From Lama guanicoe (taxonomy: Eukaryota): a stretch of 64,000 bases of DNA. Position 1 is the stretch's first letter; every line of letters begins with the position of its first letter. The notes under the pieces were generated by a model that was not told the DNA's origin, did no database searches, and saw only the letters and a list, made by a program, of their open reading frames with translations. This document shows, piece after piece, positions 26,870 to 40,085 of this stretch. The position numbers and the translations under genes are program-made. The stretch lies in the NCBI GenBank assembly GCA_013239625.1, contig MU053559.1:1967205-2031204 (forward strand), given 5' to 3'.

Positions 26870-27065
26870 TGTAGCACTTTACCAGCCACCAAAACCTGAC
26901 ATGAATCATCTCATCCGATCCTCACAAAAACCAGGTGAAGTGTACAAGGTATATTACATGGTTTTCACAAGTGTGAAACCGTCTCACGGAAGTAAGCGGC
27001 TTTGCCAAGGTCACACATTCAATGGTCAGGCCGGGACATGAGTGCTGGCCTTCCAATGCCTAGCT
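26870..27065 (-). mobile_element. MIR SINE
   Basis: atctcatccgatcctcacaaaaacc...gtgtgaaac...ctttgccaaggtcacac core. Confidence 0.7.
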
Positions 27066-27649
27066 CTTTTTGAGAATTCCACTTTTAAAATAAAAATAAC
27101 TTTCCATCTGCATCTCTCAGTAACAACCGAGTGAGCGTACCAGAGATCTGAATTCATCTAAAATCTGAAAATTTGTTTTAAATATGCTACACTGGACATA
27201 GTCCAGAATATGTTTCAAAAGACACATTTTCTCCTTAAATGTTTAAATGCATGTCCTTAAGGATAAATTAAATCCATATGTTCCCGATCAATTTGCATTT
27301 ACCGTAATACATTAAAAGGCTGCATTTAGAGTTATTGAGTGAGCATATTTTGAGTCTTTCTCCAAGTATCTGCAAAAGTGCTATGGATGGGTTTATAATC
27401 GGTGAGCTTTCTGGCATAAGTACAGACTTGGTCCATTCACTTTCAGGAAGGTGATCCTTGGACCAGTGTAACAGATTCAGGCTTCATCCCATTTCCCTGA
27501 CTTCTCAGTCTTAAAGTGGACAAAGTGTCCCACACAGGAGTGGGGAACCCGTTTGCTCTTTGAATGCTCAAAGTCAATGGAAGAGGAAGTTAATACATAC
27601 GCGGCACAGCTCTAGCATGTCTAAATGTACAAAACTCAACCATGCTCTG

Positions 27650-27681
27650 TCCATCCATCCATCCATCCATCCATCCATCCA
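27650..27681. repeat. (CCAT)n microsatellite at an L2 tail
   Basis: Seen directly; an antisense L2 3' end follows (27690-27760). Confidence 0.9.
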
Positions 27682-28102
27682 GGTACTCAGTCATTCAAAT
27701 AACATTTACTGGAGTCCTGCTATGAACCAGGCATTGTAGGAGGTTCTGAGAGAAAAATGAGTAACATACTTTTCCTGTCATGTTTTCTAAAGAATATTAT
27801 ATTATCCTAAGAACAACCTTACAATTTAGGTAGATAATTCCATTCATACTTCATAGAAAGGGATAAAGGGGGCTCAGAAAGAGTCAGCGACTTGTCTGTG
27901 AGTCCAGGTGGTTCCTGACACATAATAGATGCTCTGTAAATGTTTATTGAATTGAAATGAGTAAGCAAGAAGTGTGGTGTTTTCTTTGGATCTGCTCTGG
28001 TTAGGATGTCAAAGTATAAGAATGGGGTAGTGGTAAGAACATGGATTTTGGAGCCAGACTAGGTCTGGGTTCCAATCCCACCTGCATGACTGAGTAACCA
28101 TA

Positions 28103-28534
28103 TGTATCTGTCAGGGTCCCAAGCACATTCAAATTGGAATTTCAGGAAAGCTTTAAAAAGAAACGGTTTACAAAGTTGTGGGAGGGGGATGGGGAACCAT
28201 ATGGGATAAGTGCACTAACGATGTGGCTGTTGTTGCTCCTGAGCCTGAAAGAATAAGATGAGGGAGTGGATGCAGTAACCCAGAGAGGGGCATCTGATGG
28301 GAACTGTGACCTTCAGTTGAGGTTTGCAATAGTGACTCTGTAGGGAAGAAGCCAGGGAATAACTACCATGACTCATTCCCCTCCTGCCTTCCCGTATCCC
28401 ACCAGGGCACCCATTGGCTGGACCGGTTGGGCAAAGGGACCATTGATATGGTCATATGAGTCAGACTTCAGGATGGAGAGCAAATTGTTGAGGGGTGGAT
28501 CTGGAGAGGCAAATGGAAGATATCAGACATCACA
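28103..28534 (-). mobile_element. ERVL LTR33-like solo LTR splitting a MIR (28025-28100, 28535-28680)
   Basis: Minus strand starts tgtgatgtctgatatcttccatttgcctctccagatccaccc; MIR-like halves on both sides. Confidence 0.75.
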
Positions 28535-29094
28535 TGTGAATCTGGGAAATTATTTCGCCTCTTTGACCTCATGGCTCTTTTTTAAATGGATATAATGAAA
28601 GCTACCTTTTGGAGTGCTTGGAGAGGATTAAATGGAATTGTGTGTCTACCATATTGCGCACAGTGCCTAGTATCAGAACTCACTTGCGATTCTTCTATCT
28701 GGGGCTCTGTGCCCAAATATGATGGTCCCAGCAGCTCAAGATGGACATGGTACTGATAGTAAGGAGCTGGATCCTTGGTGACAGCTGAGGGGAGGACTAA
28801 TGAGATGGGTGTGTGCCCAGAGCTGAGCTGGCAGAGAGTGACCAGCAGCTGTGTGTGTGAGCAGCAGTGGGAAAGGAGAGGCAGGAGCGGGCACTTCTGA
28901 GATGCTCGGGTAAGGAACAGGACTTCACTGAAGAGCATCATAGTTGTCACACCTTCAAGTGCAGCTAATTCAATCTTATTGTTGTGGATCTGAGTGGGGC
29001 CCAAGAGTCTGTGTGGTTACAGCCACCCCCCTCCCTTGACAGATGGCCCTGATGTGTAATTCCTAAAACAACCATGCTTTCAGCAACATGGTCA

Positions 29095-29290
29095 TGATGT
29101 CTGGGGCTAGATTTTGAAGTCAGACAAACCTAATTTGAATCTTGGTTTTACAATTTTCTAGCTATGGGACCTTAGGCAAATCACTTAACCTCTCTCTTCC
29201 CCGTTGCTCATCTGAAACATTGCCCATCTTATCAAGTTACATGAGGATGAAATGAGATCATCCATAGAAAGAATTGAATAAATATTGATG
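29095..29290 (+). mobile_element. MIR SINE
   Basis: tttgaagtcagacaaacctaatttgaatcttgg...ctatgggaccttaggcaaatcacttaacctctct. Confidence 0.75.
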
Positions 29291-30051
29291 CTAAGTCTGT
29301 GAACAAATGGCAAAACCCCAGGCACTTCACCAGGGTTCTGGGAGGGAACTTTGACGCTGGTAAAAGTGGATCAGTCCAACATATATCTTCCTGAAGTGAT
29401 GTGAACCAATTTCAATGCCCCTATGTCCACAATATCCACCAGTAAACCGAATTTGGAGACAGGAAAGACGGAGGCCCAAAGTCAAGTGGTTTCTCCTAGA
29501 GCCATGATGCTAATTTAGTTTTGAGGTGATATTTGATGATCTTTTCCAACCAGAGAATTTCTTATTGTTTCAGCCATGCATTAGTCAGTTCACATCCTCT
29601 GAAACATGTCCGATCAGAAAAGTGGAAACAGAGCAGAAGTGTCTCTTTCCCCCAGTACCAGGGTGCTAGTGTGATATGGGGACTGGAGCCAAACAAAGCT
29701 GGGCTTGAATTCTTACTTTGATATCCATTAGTCGTGGGAACGTGAAAGTGTCACGTGACCTTCTAAACCTCATGTCTTTCTCTGCAAATGAAGATACTGA
29801 CACATGTTTTACCTGATTATTGTCATGATTAATCAAGAGCATGTATATAATTTCCTGGCATTTGGTGACATTAAAAAAATTACTGTTATTATTATTTTCT
29901 GCTTTATAAGGTTGTTCTCTTATCATTTGAACTTCTGCAGTGTATGTGTGCATTTTTAAAATATGATAAACAAAACTGGACCCAAAGAACTTTAGTTTTT
30001 GTTTCACATCCCTCTTGGGTGAAGAGAACTGTATATGGGCAATATCCTTTA

Positions 30052-30332
30052 TTTATTTTTTTAACATTTTTTTTAATTGAGTTACAGTCATTTTACAATG
30101 TTGTGTCAAATTCCAGTGTAGAGCACAATTTTTCAGTTATACATGAACCTACATGTATTCATTGTCACATTTTTTTCTCTGTGAGCTACCACAAGATCTT
30201 GTACGTATTTCCCTGTGCTATACAGTATAATCTTATCTATTCTACATTTTGAAATCCCAGTCTGTCCCTTCCCACCCCCTGCCCCCTTGGCAACCGTAAG
30301 TTTGTATTCTATGTCTATGAGTCTGTTTCTGT
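30052..30332 (-). mobile_element. Young camelid L1 3' end
   Basis: TSD TGG[G/A]CAAT[A/G]TCCTTTA at 30036-30051 and 30333-30348. Confidence 0.9.
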
Positions 30333-31689
30333 TGGACAATGTCCTTTAATATGTTATTGATTCCCATTGCTGCCACAGACTTTTATCATTTTGGCGATAA
30401 AGGTTTTGATCTTTTAAATCAAGAAATGCTGAGGTAAAATTCTCTTGGGATAGTCTTTTCAAAAATTTTATATCTTTTCTTGCCTTTGAACAACAGTTAA
30501 ATAAAGCCAAGATGCTAGGATTCTAGCATGTGAATAATTTACCATGGGATAACATGGATAAAGTAAATACTAAAGAGAGGTATCTCTGTTCTGGGATTTA
30601 GGATAGTTTTGTAGTAAAGGACTCAGAGAAGGACATGAAGGCTGGTTCAAGCCCAAACACAGGTTCATCTCCATGAATCTATTAGAATATTGTTAGAAAT
30701 CAACACTGTTCCCTTAAGAAATAGAGTAGGATGCTCTCAATGGTCTTAAATGGAAATAAGAGGCAGCTACAGCCAAACCATCTTTCTTGGCAAGTTGTCT
30801 CTGGACTCTAGAAGATAGCATGTGCACCCTTGTCATCTCCCTGGTCCTCGTCTTTTCTGCTTCTGAAACTCATCTGTCTGTCTGGGCTTGTTTGTGGCGT
30901 TACCATCTTTGTAATCCACCCACAGATCTTCAGTGACTCATCAGCATTGACCCATTTCTGGCTTGGTTTCCCCATCTGTAAGTCAGAAATGGTAAAATCA
31001 CTCTCAGAGTTTTTATCATCATTAAATACAATACCACGAGTAGAGAGCTCTTTGTGTGCCTATCCTAGACTTTATAATCTAGACTCTCTAATACAGAACT
31101 TGATGGTGCAATTGAATGAGCCAGAGAAAATGACTATTCTTGAGCCTCAGTGTTTTCATCTGCAAAATGGAGACAATAATGCTTATTTTGAAGGGCTACT
31201 ATGAGGAAAGTATTTAGCACCAATGGGAGACAGAGCCTAAGAGTTTGATCTGTCCCAATTTCAAAGATTTGGCTGGTCCTTTAGGAAGGTACCTTCAAAT
31301 CTACCCTTCCTAGCTGATTATGCATTAAAAACAAAGCTCCAGATTATTTAGGAGCAAAATGTGATGCATTTGTAAATCCAGACTGTGTAACAAGCAGGCA
31401 GGGCGTGCTTTTCCATGGAGGGTTCATCATGTTAGATTTATAAGGGATGCATACTTCTGAGAGTTATTTTTTTAACGAGGAAAATACGATATTTGACCCA
31501 AATTACATTGGTAAAAATCAATGTTAGAATTTACATTTTCCCTCTTTTAATAGCTGTAAATGTTTCATGATTTGCCTCCCTTGCAATAAATTCTGGATAT
31601 TTATCTTCTTTTCTGAATGTCTATACCAAGAGGCTCTTTTTCCCATCTGGTCCTCCATTCAAATGCTCAATACTGGTATTTTTGGGCCT

Positions 31690-33125
31690 CTTTTTAAAAA
31701 AACAGCTTTATTGATGAAGACTTAACAATTTGACATATAATTGAACTGTGCAATTTGATAAATTTTTACAAAATGATAAAATATGTTTGTATATTTATAC
31801 CTATACCTACGTATCTGTGAACCCATCACCACAGTCAAGATAATGAACTTACCCATCACCTTCAAAAGTATATTAGTTTTGCATTTGCTGAAATTTTATG
31901 AAAATAGAATCATAAAGCATGCAGTCTTTTTCTCTGGCATCTTTCACTCAGAATAATCATTTTGTGATTCCTCCATGTTGTTGCTTGCATCAAAAGTTCA
32001 TTCCTTTATATTTTTGAGTAGTATTCTGTGGAATGCAGTTTATCCACTCATTGGTTGGTGGAGACTTGGGTTTATAAATAAAGCTGCCTTGAAACATTCA
32101 CGTGCAAATCTTTGTGTAGACATATGCTTTCCTTTCTCTTGGGTAAATACCTAAGAATGGAATGGCTGGGTCATATAGTAGGTGTATGCTTAACTTTTGA
32201 AAGAACTGCCAAACTGTTTTCCAAAGTGTACCATTTTACATCCTGACCACCAATGTATGAGAGTTACAGTTGCTCCACATCTTCACCGATACTTAGTGTG
32301 GTCAGTCTTTTAAGTGTTAGCTATTTTAATAAGTGTGTAGTAATCTCTTATTGTGGTTTTACTTTGTTTTTCCCTAATGACTTTTCATTTGTTTCTTTGC
32401 CCTTCATATATTTCCTTTGGTCTGTTTAAATCCTTTGCTCAAATATATTAGGATTCTGTCATCCTAGAACTAGGGCTTGGGAGCTCTTTAAGTACTCTGA
32501 TGGATGTGTTAGTTAGCTTGATGGGAGGGACCTTTTCACAATGTGTTGTACACTTTAAATATCTTACAATTTTATTGTCAGTTATACCTCAATAAAGGTG
32601 AAACTGCTTTTCCTGATTAGACTGGGTAGAGGTTTATCAATTTTAAGGATCTTCTCAAATAACCAGCTTTTTTTGTTGTTGATTTATTTCCTTTCTTCTA
32701 CTTCCTTTGAGCTTAATTTTTTCTTCTTTTTCTAGTTTCTTAAGGTGGAAGCTGAGGTCATTGATTCGAGGCCATTCTTTTTCTCAAATATAGGATTAAT
32801 GCTAAAGATTTAACTTAATGCTCTTGCTGCTTTTAAGATTTTACCCTTTTCACTGTTTTTCAGAAATTTGTTTATGGTGTGGTCTGGTGTATTTTTATTC
32901 ATGTTTCTTGTGAAGATGGCCTGGAAATTCCCTCAAAACAGTAAGCTGGGAAAATTGTAGGGCTCACCCCTTTTGTTTGCCATCTCTCATGGGTCACTGT
33001 CCTTTGCTTTCTGATGTACAGTGTCTTACAAACTGCTATTTCATATGGCAAGTCTGTTTTTCAATTGTTTGAATGTGCAGGTTAAATCCTGGCCCCATTA
33101 TACCCTCTTGGCCTGAAACTGAAGT
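31690..33125 (-). mobile_element. Cluster of old L1M fragments (3' end, ORF2, 5' pieces; a short sense tail at 32498-32603)
   Basis: Antisense L1MB-type 3' UTR and ORF2 motifs; sense tail ending tacctcaataaagg. Confidence 0.8.
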
Positions 33126-33396
33126 CTTTAGAGGGCTCCTTTCATGATGTATAAAAAAGAGTTTTGCTATTCCTCTCTTTTCTTTTCTTTTTTTTAAGTG
33201 ACTGTACATTTCCATTTTCTTGCTGAAATTCCAGCAATTCTGTTAATAGCTATTCTTAGCCTTGAAATTTATCTATCACTTTGGGTACTGTTCTCTCTTC
33301 TTGCTACGAAACCCTAGAACAAAACTGACAGATGGAATATAATGCTGCAAAGGTTATTTTTCCTAAAGGAACATGCAAAAGAATAAGCTACCCCTC

Positions 33397-33950
33397 TGTA
33401 TTAATTGTCTATTGCTGCATAACAATTTACCAGAAACTTAGAACTTTAAAACAATGCACATTTATTGTCTCATAATTTCAGGGAGTCAGGAATCTGGCCA
33501 TGTCTTACGTTCTCCACTTCAGACTCTCTCAGAAGGCTGCCATCATGGCGTCAGCCAAGACTGAGGTCTCATCTGGAGGCTTGACCAGAGAAGGGTCTGC
33601 TTCCAAACTCAGGTAGTTGTTGGCAGGATTTATTTCCTCAACGACTGATGGATTAAAGGCCTCAATTCTTTGTTTGCTATTTGTCAGAGGCTGACTGCAG
33701 TTCTTTGCCACCTGGTTTTCTCCATTGGGTAGCTCAAAATATGGTAGCTTGTTTTACTAGAGCAAGCAAATCAGACAGTCCATTAGCAAGACAGAATTTA
33801 CAATCATATGTAACATAACCACAGAAGTGATAGCCCATCACTTTTGCTGTATTCTGTTTTGTTAGAAGCAGGTCCCACCCATACTCCAGGGCAGGGGATT
33901 ATACAAGGGTGTACATATCAGGAGGTTGGGGTCATCTTAAAGTCTGCACA
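33397..33950 (-). mobile_element. MaLR MLT1 (E/F-like) solo LTR
   Basis: tgtattaattgtctattgctgcataacaatttaccagaaacttag...ggggtcatcttaaagtctgc. Confidence 0.8.
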
Positions 33951-35121
33951 CCAAACTCTCCTTACCTAGAGATGGAGAAAGCACAGGCTTCAGTCAGTAC
34001 AAAATAGCTAACTGAATGAAAAACTCGAGATACAGCATTAAGAAATTTCACTAGGAATGAAGGCTTATGGTCTAATTGACCTAAAAGGGAAACAGTTCTA
34101 CTTTAACGCCTACCTCCTATCATGTTCCCTTCTCTCCAGAATGGTGGTTCTTTACCCTTAGAAAATAATCTTGCCATCAGAAAATATTAAACTGCTTTAA
34201 TATGTATTTCATTCAATAAATATTTATTAGGTATCACTCTGTAGCAGTCTTTATACTAGATGTAAGAGATAAAGTAATGAATGAGAGAGCATGGGTCTCC
34301 CAGTGTAATTAAAAATTAGCTATTAAACCAGTGTAGCCAGTGCTACCAAAGGGGATCCCCAAGGTGCCTTGGTGATGGATAAGCAGGTGTTGAAGAGCCC
34401 CAGTAAACACCTGGAATTTCATAGCAGATGAATGTTGCTTCTTTAGCTCTTCCCCTGTGGTCAATCTTGCATTAATCCCAGATGTTATATTTCTAGAGCC
34501 TAGGGCCATGCCTGGCACATAGTAGTCCCTCAATAAATGTTTGCTAAATTGAATTGTAGAAACCAGAAGTTTGAGGATTCAATCTGATATATTCAACAAT
34601 GCTTATAAGAGTGTTGAAAATAAACTGAGAGTCAGAAGGGATGCTGGCTGCCCCAACACCCTTCCATGAACAGGAAGACTGGAGACCTCTGAGCACATGG
34701 AACCCAATATGCCTGCATTTGACTTTAGAAGCTGTTTATGAGTCAGTGTAAATCAATAGTTTACATGGGAGCAAAATGAACTTGCAGAGATGTGGAAAAC
34801 ACTAAGATGTTCTAGTGCTGCTGAAGGTATATTGTTTTTATCAATGGAGGTCTACTTAGTCTGTGGCCACCCATGAGTATATTTAGTCTTTCACTCTTTA
34901 TTCACTAGTTTCTTCAGAAAGGCACTAAGTGACTGAGGTCCTGCCTGACTCAGGCCTTAGTGAAAGTTTTTTTGAAACCCTCAAGTTCTACACTGTGACC
35001 TTCTTACCCCATCTCAAAGGAGCTGACATGGGACTTAACCCTTACTCTAAATTTTAGATGCACTATTATCTTTCTTGGGTCATTTGCATTTTCAGTCAGA
35101 TCTTATTTTGGAATAAAATAT

Positions 35122-35302
35122 TTTAATAATCATTTATTCTTGATTTTTTTTGGTTTTGGGGGGAGGTAATAATAAAATAGTATTTTAAAATAAAATAATA
35201 TTTTAAAATATATTTAAAAATAATAGAGATACTGGGGACTGAACCCAGGACCTTGTGCATACTAAGTGCACACTCTACTGCTGAGCTATACCCTCCCCTG
35301 CC
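35122..35302 (-). mobile_element. Vic-1-like SINE with AT-rich tail
   Basis: tRNA-Ala-like head at 35228-35300; flanking repeat gaat[a/c]aaatat. Confidence 0.9.
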
Positions 35303-35949
35303 ATGAATCAAATATAATTGTTTGCCAGGTATTGTGCTGGGAACTAGGGATACAAAACAAAGGAAGCATAGACACCATCATTGGGAAGTCCATGGTCTTT
35401 TTCAGGACCACTGTGTATAGCTGTGCAGGTTCTTTATTGTACAAGGGCATTTACTTGTGGTGGCTGCCTTCTTCTGATACTTGACAAAGGTGTTGTATGG
35501 GCAAGCAGTTGCTCTAGGCTTCATTCCCATTATTAAAGCAAGAGTTCTCAAACTGGAGTTTATGACTTTCGGAGCCCATATACTCCTAGAAGTGTTATTC
35601 AAAATTGGGTAAAAAATTTTCATTCTTCTGAGAGAGGCTTTATCTGATGTCCATTGACATACGAACACCAAAATGTTTAAAATCATTGCATCTAAAGACT
35701 TTTCTAAGTCACTTCAAGTCTTCTGAGTTAGGGAAAGCATAAGTCATCCATAAATAAACTGACTAATAAATAAATAGAATAAACTGCAGGCACCAGAAGT
35801 TATTTTAGTTTACCTGCATTTTTTATCCTCTAATACACCAAGTAGATAAATGCCAATTCTGTAATTATCTAAATCTGTTTATTTTCCAAGTTTTATCTAG
35901 TAACCTCCAATTATGTCTTGGGGAGAAATCTACCTGGTAGTGCTTAGTT

Positions 35950-36200
35950 CTGTAGCACAGTGTATGGAAAAGAATGGCTTTGAAGCCAGATATTTCTGGG
36001 CTCAAATCCCACATCCAAGACCAATTAATTGTGAGCTTTTAGGCAAAGAACTTAACTTACACTCTTGGTTTTCTTATCTATAAAGTGAAATAATAATATA
36101 TTACAGAAAGGTTTTTACTACTGAATGTGATAAGTAATGCCAAGTACTTGGCACATAGCAAATCATTAGTAAGTGGCAACAATGCTTGTTATTATTACTA
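35950..36200 (+). mobile_element. MIR SINE
   Basis: ggctttgaagccaga...gggctcaaatccc...ttggttttcttatctataaagtg...cttggcacatagc. Confidence 0.7.
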
Positions 36201-36789
36201 CTTAAATGAATTCTAAAAAGAATTCTATGGCAAACTTACCTGCTTTAAAAGAAGTTCTAAAGAAGTTAGTAAAATTTAAATACTAATTGCACCAAAATAT
36301 CTAAAATGTCCCAAAGTCTCTGGCCTTTAGACTGTCTTACTAATTTAAGAAGCTGAAATTCTCTAGGCTTCTAGAAGAGCAGAGTAAGCCTCCTCTAAAA
36401 GGCAATGCTAAAACTGGGCAAAGTTGTCAAAAATGACCTTTTAAAGACTCTGAAAATTGACTAAAGACATAGAACAAACTGAAGAGTGTTTATTCATAAA
36501 AGTTTAATGAACGTGTATAAAATCAATGAGAGTCTCTGATGTTTTACCCTGGTACATCTCCAATTCCTTCACCTTAATTCCATAATCCTACCCAGGTGGG
36601 CACGTTGTGAGGAATGGCAGCTTTGCAGCCATGCGAGAATGTTGACTTGTTTGGCACATTCTGTGCCTGGGGGACTGTCAAAAACAATACCAATTTCAGT
36701 GGCAAACAATCAAGGAAGAACAACATCACAACTAGACTGAGCTTAGAGAACTGGTGGGGAGAAGCAACAGAATGTCATCCAGCCATAAA

Positions 36790-39700
36790 TTTATGTATGT
36801 TCTACAACCAAAATGGAATCAAAGTATAAATAAATGACAGGAGGAAATTTGGGAAATCTGTAACTATTTGAAAATTAAACAACACACATCTATACAGCCC
36901 ATACATCAAATAACAAATCATATGAGAAACTTGAAACTACTTTGAGTAGAATGAAAACAAAAATATATGGGGTTCAGCCAAAGCAGTGATTAGAGGGAAA
37001 TTTACAGCTATAAACACCTACTTTAGAATAGAAGAAAGATCTCAAATAAATAACCAAACTTTCACCTTAAAAAACTAGTGAAACAAGAGCAAATCAAACC
37101 AAAAGCAGGAGGAAGCAAGGAAATAATAAAGATTAGAACAAGAATTAATGGAACAGAAAACAGAAAAAAAATGAAGAAAAGCAAAAAAGCCAGAAGTTGG
37201 TTTTTTTGAAAAGACCAACAAAATTGACCAGCCTTATCTAAACTGACCAATAAAAAAGAGAAGACACACATTAAAAAATTGGGAATGAAAGAGAAGATGC
37301 CACTACTAAATTACAAAAATTAAAAGGATTATATGGCAAAACTATGAACACCATTATGTCAATAAACAAGACAGTTTAGATGAAATGAACACATTCTTAG
37401 AAAGACACAAATTACCCAACTTTCCCATAAAACATTGGAGGAGGAAACACTTACCAACTCATTTGATAAGGCTAGTATTATCCTAGGAGCAAAATTGGAC
37501 AATACATCACAAGAAAACTACACCAATACCAGTATCCCTCATGGATAGAAACACAAATATCTTTTAGCAAACCAAACCCAGCAACATATAAAAAGGACTA
37601 AGTGCCATGGCAAGTGGGATTTATTCCAGGAATGTGAAGTTGATTTAATATCCAAAAATTAAGTAATTAAGTAATATACTATATGAATAGAATAAAGGAC
37701 CAAAATCACACGATCATCTCAAAAGACACAGAAAATCACTCAACAGAATTCAACATTCCAGATAAAACCTTTCAACAAACTAGGAGAATTTCCTCAACTT
37801 GAAAAAAGGCGTCTGAAAAGCCTAGAGCAAACATTACAATTAATAGTGAAAGACTGACTACTTTTCCTCTAAAGTCAGAATCAAGGATAGGCATATAGAT
37901 CAAGAGAACATAACTGAAAGTACAGGAACAAACCCTGACAGTTGGGATCAATGGATTTTCGAAAAAGTCACCAATGTATAACAATAGGGCAAGGATGGCT
38001 TTCAACTAATACTACTGGAACAATTGTATATACAGATGAAAAAGAGTAAACCCCAAAACTACAATGAGATACCACTTCACATTAGCCAGAATGATCATTA
38101 TTGAAAAGTCTACAAATGATAGATGCTGGAGAGGGTGTGGAGAAAAGGGAACCCTCCTACACTGCTGGTGGGAATGCAAATTGGTGCAGCCACTATGGAG
38201 AACAGTATGGAGGTTCCTTAAAAAACTGAAAATTACCACGTGATCCAGCAATACCACTCCTGGGCACATATCCAGAGAAAAATAAAATTCAAAAAGACAC
38301 ATGCACCCCAGTGTTCACAGCAGCACTATTTACAATAGCCAAGACATGGAAACAACCCAAATGTCTATCAGCAGATGACTGGATAAAGAAGATGTGATAC
38401 ATATGTACAATGGAACACTACTCAGCCATAAAAAAGAATAAAATAATGCCATTTGTAGCAATATGGATGGACCTGAAGACGGTCATTCAAAGTGAAGTGG
38501 GCTGGAAAGAGAAAGAAAAATGCCATATGACATCACTTATATGAAGATTCTAAAAAATAATAACAATAATAATAAAGACACAAATGAACTAATTATTATT
38601 TTGATTTCTTGAATATATGTAAGCACATTTGTCCTTTGTGATTGGATTACCGCATTCTGTTGATTCTTATTTTGTAGTTAGCTTTATTCCTTGGTAACTA
38701 TGTAAGTTTAAAAAGCTAAAGATCTAATCTGTTCTTAGAAACAATAATTAGTACATAAATGAAAACTAAAAAAATGTGCAGTATACTGTTTATATGTATT
38801 TACATGCAATATAATGTGTCTGTGCAGTCAAACTATAATAATTCTATGTAATAAAACTGGAGAAAAAAAAGATTAAAAAAAGAGTAAACCTAAACTTTTA
38901 TCTCACACCATAATCAAAAATTAACTCAAAATAGATTATAGACCTAAATGTATGAGCTAAAACAAACAAACTAACCAAAAACTCTTAGGGAAAAACATAG
39001 TCAAAAAATCTTTGTGACCTTGTGTTGGCCAAGATTTCTTAGATATGACACCAAAAGAAAAAAATAATATATTGGACTTCATTAGAATGAAAATATTTTG
39101 ACTTTCAAAGACACAAATAAGTAAATGAAATGACAAGCCATGAACTGGGGGAAAATATTAATAAATCAAATATATAATAATGAACTGATTTTTAGAATAT
39201 GTGAAATATCCTTTCAACTCAGTAATTATACAAATGACCCAACTGACAAATAGGTAAAAGGTTTGAAATAGACATTTCACCAAAAAGATACACTAAAGAC
39301 CCATAAACACATGAAGAAAATGTTCAAACTTATTAGTCATTGGGAAGATGTAAATTAAAACAACAAGGAGATACCATTTCACACCCACTAGAATGGCTAT
39401 ACTCAAAAAGACAGTAGGAAGTGTTGATGAGAATGTGGAGAAACTGGAACCCTCACATATTTCTGATGGGAAGGTAAAATGGTAGAGCCGGTTTGGTAAA
39501 CAATTTGGCAGTTTCTTAAAACATTAAAGTAAATCTATCTATCATAGGACCTAGCAATTTCACTCCTAGATATGTACCCAAAAGAGATGAAAAGATGTCC
39601 ACAAAAAGACTTGTGTACAAATGTTCATAGCTGCATTACTTATAATAGGAAATCCAAATGGCCATCAACTTTTGAATGGTTAAACAAAATGTAGTATATG

Positions 39701-40085
39701 CATACAATGGAACAATGTTCAGCCTTTAAAAGGAACAAAGTACTGATACATGGATGAAACTCAAAAACACTACGCTAAAGTGAAATAAGCCAGTTACAAA
39801 AGAATACATACCGCGTGATTCCACTTATATGAAATGTCCAGAAAAGATAAATCGATAGAGACTAAAAGTAGATTATTGGTTGCTTCGGGCTCGGGGTAGG
39901 AATGGGGGATGACTGCAAATGGGTAAGAGAGATCCTTTTGGGGTGATGGAAATATTCTAAGTTGGATTGTAGTGATAGTTGTACAACTCTTAAATGATCC
40001 TAAATATCATTAGCTTGTATACTAAAAACTGGTGAATTTTATGGTATGTAAATGATACTTTAAAAAAGCTGTTATTTTAAAAAAT
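36790..40085 (+). mobile_element. Old L1MB-type ORF2 and 3' UTR, interrupted by a young L1 chimera
   Basis: Sense ORF2 DNA; 3' end gggtgatggaaatattctaag...aaagctgttattttaaaaaa. Confidence 0.9.
38053..38876 (+). mobile_element. Young L1 ORF2 end fused to a non-L1 polyadenylated segment
   Basis: TSD AAAAAGAGTAAACC at 38039-38052 and 38877-38890; L1 to ~38590, then unrelated AT-rich sequence with AATAAA at 38850-38855. Confidence 0.85.
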
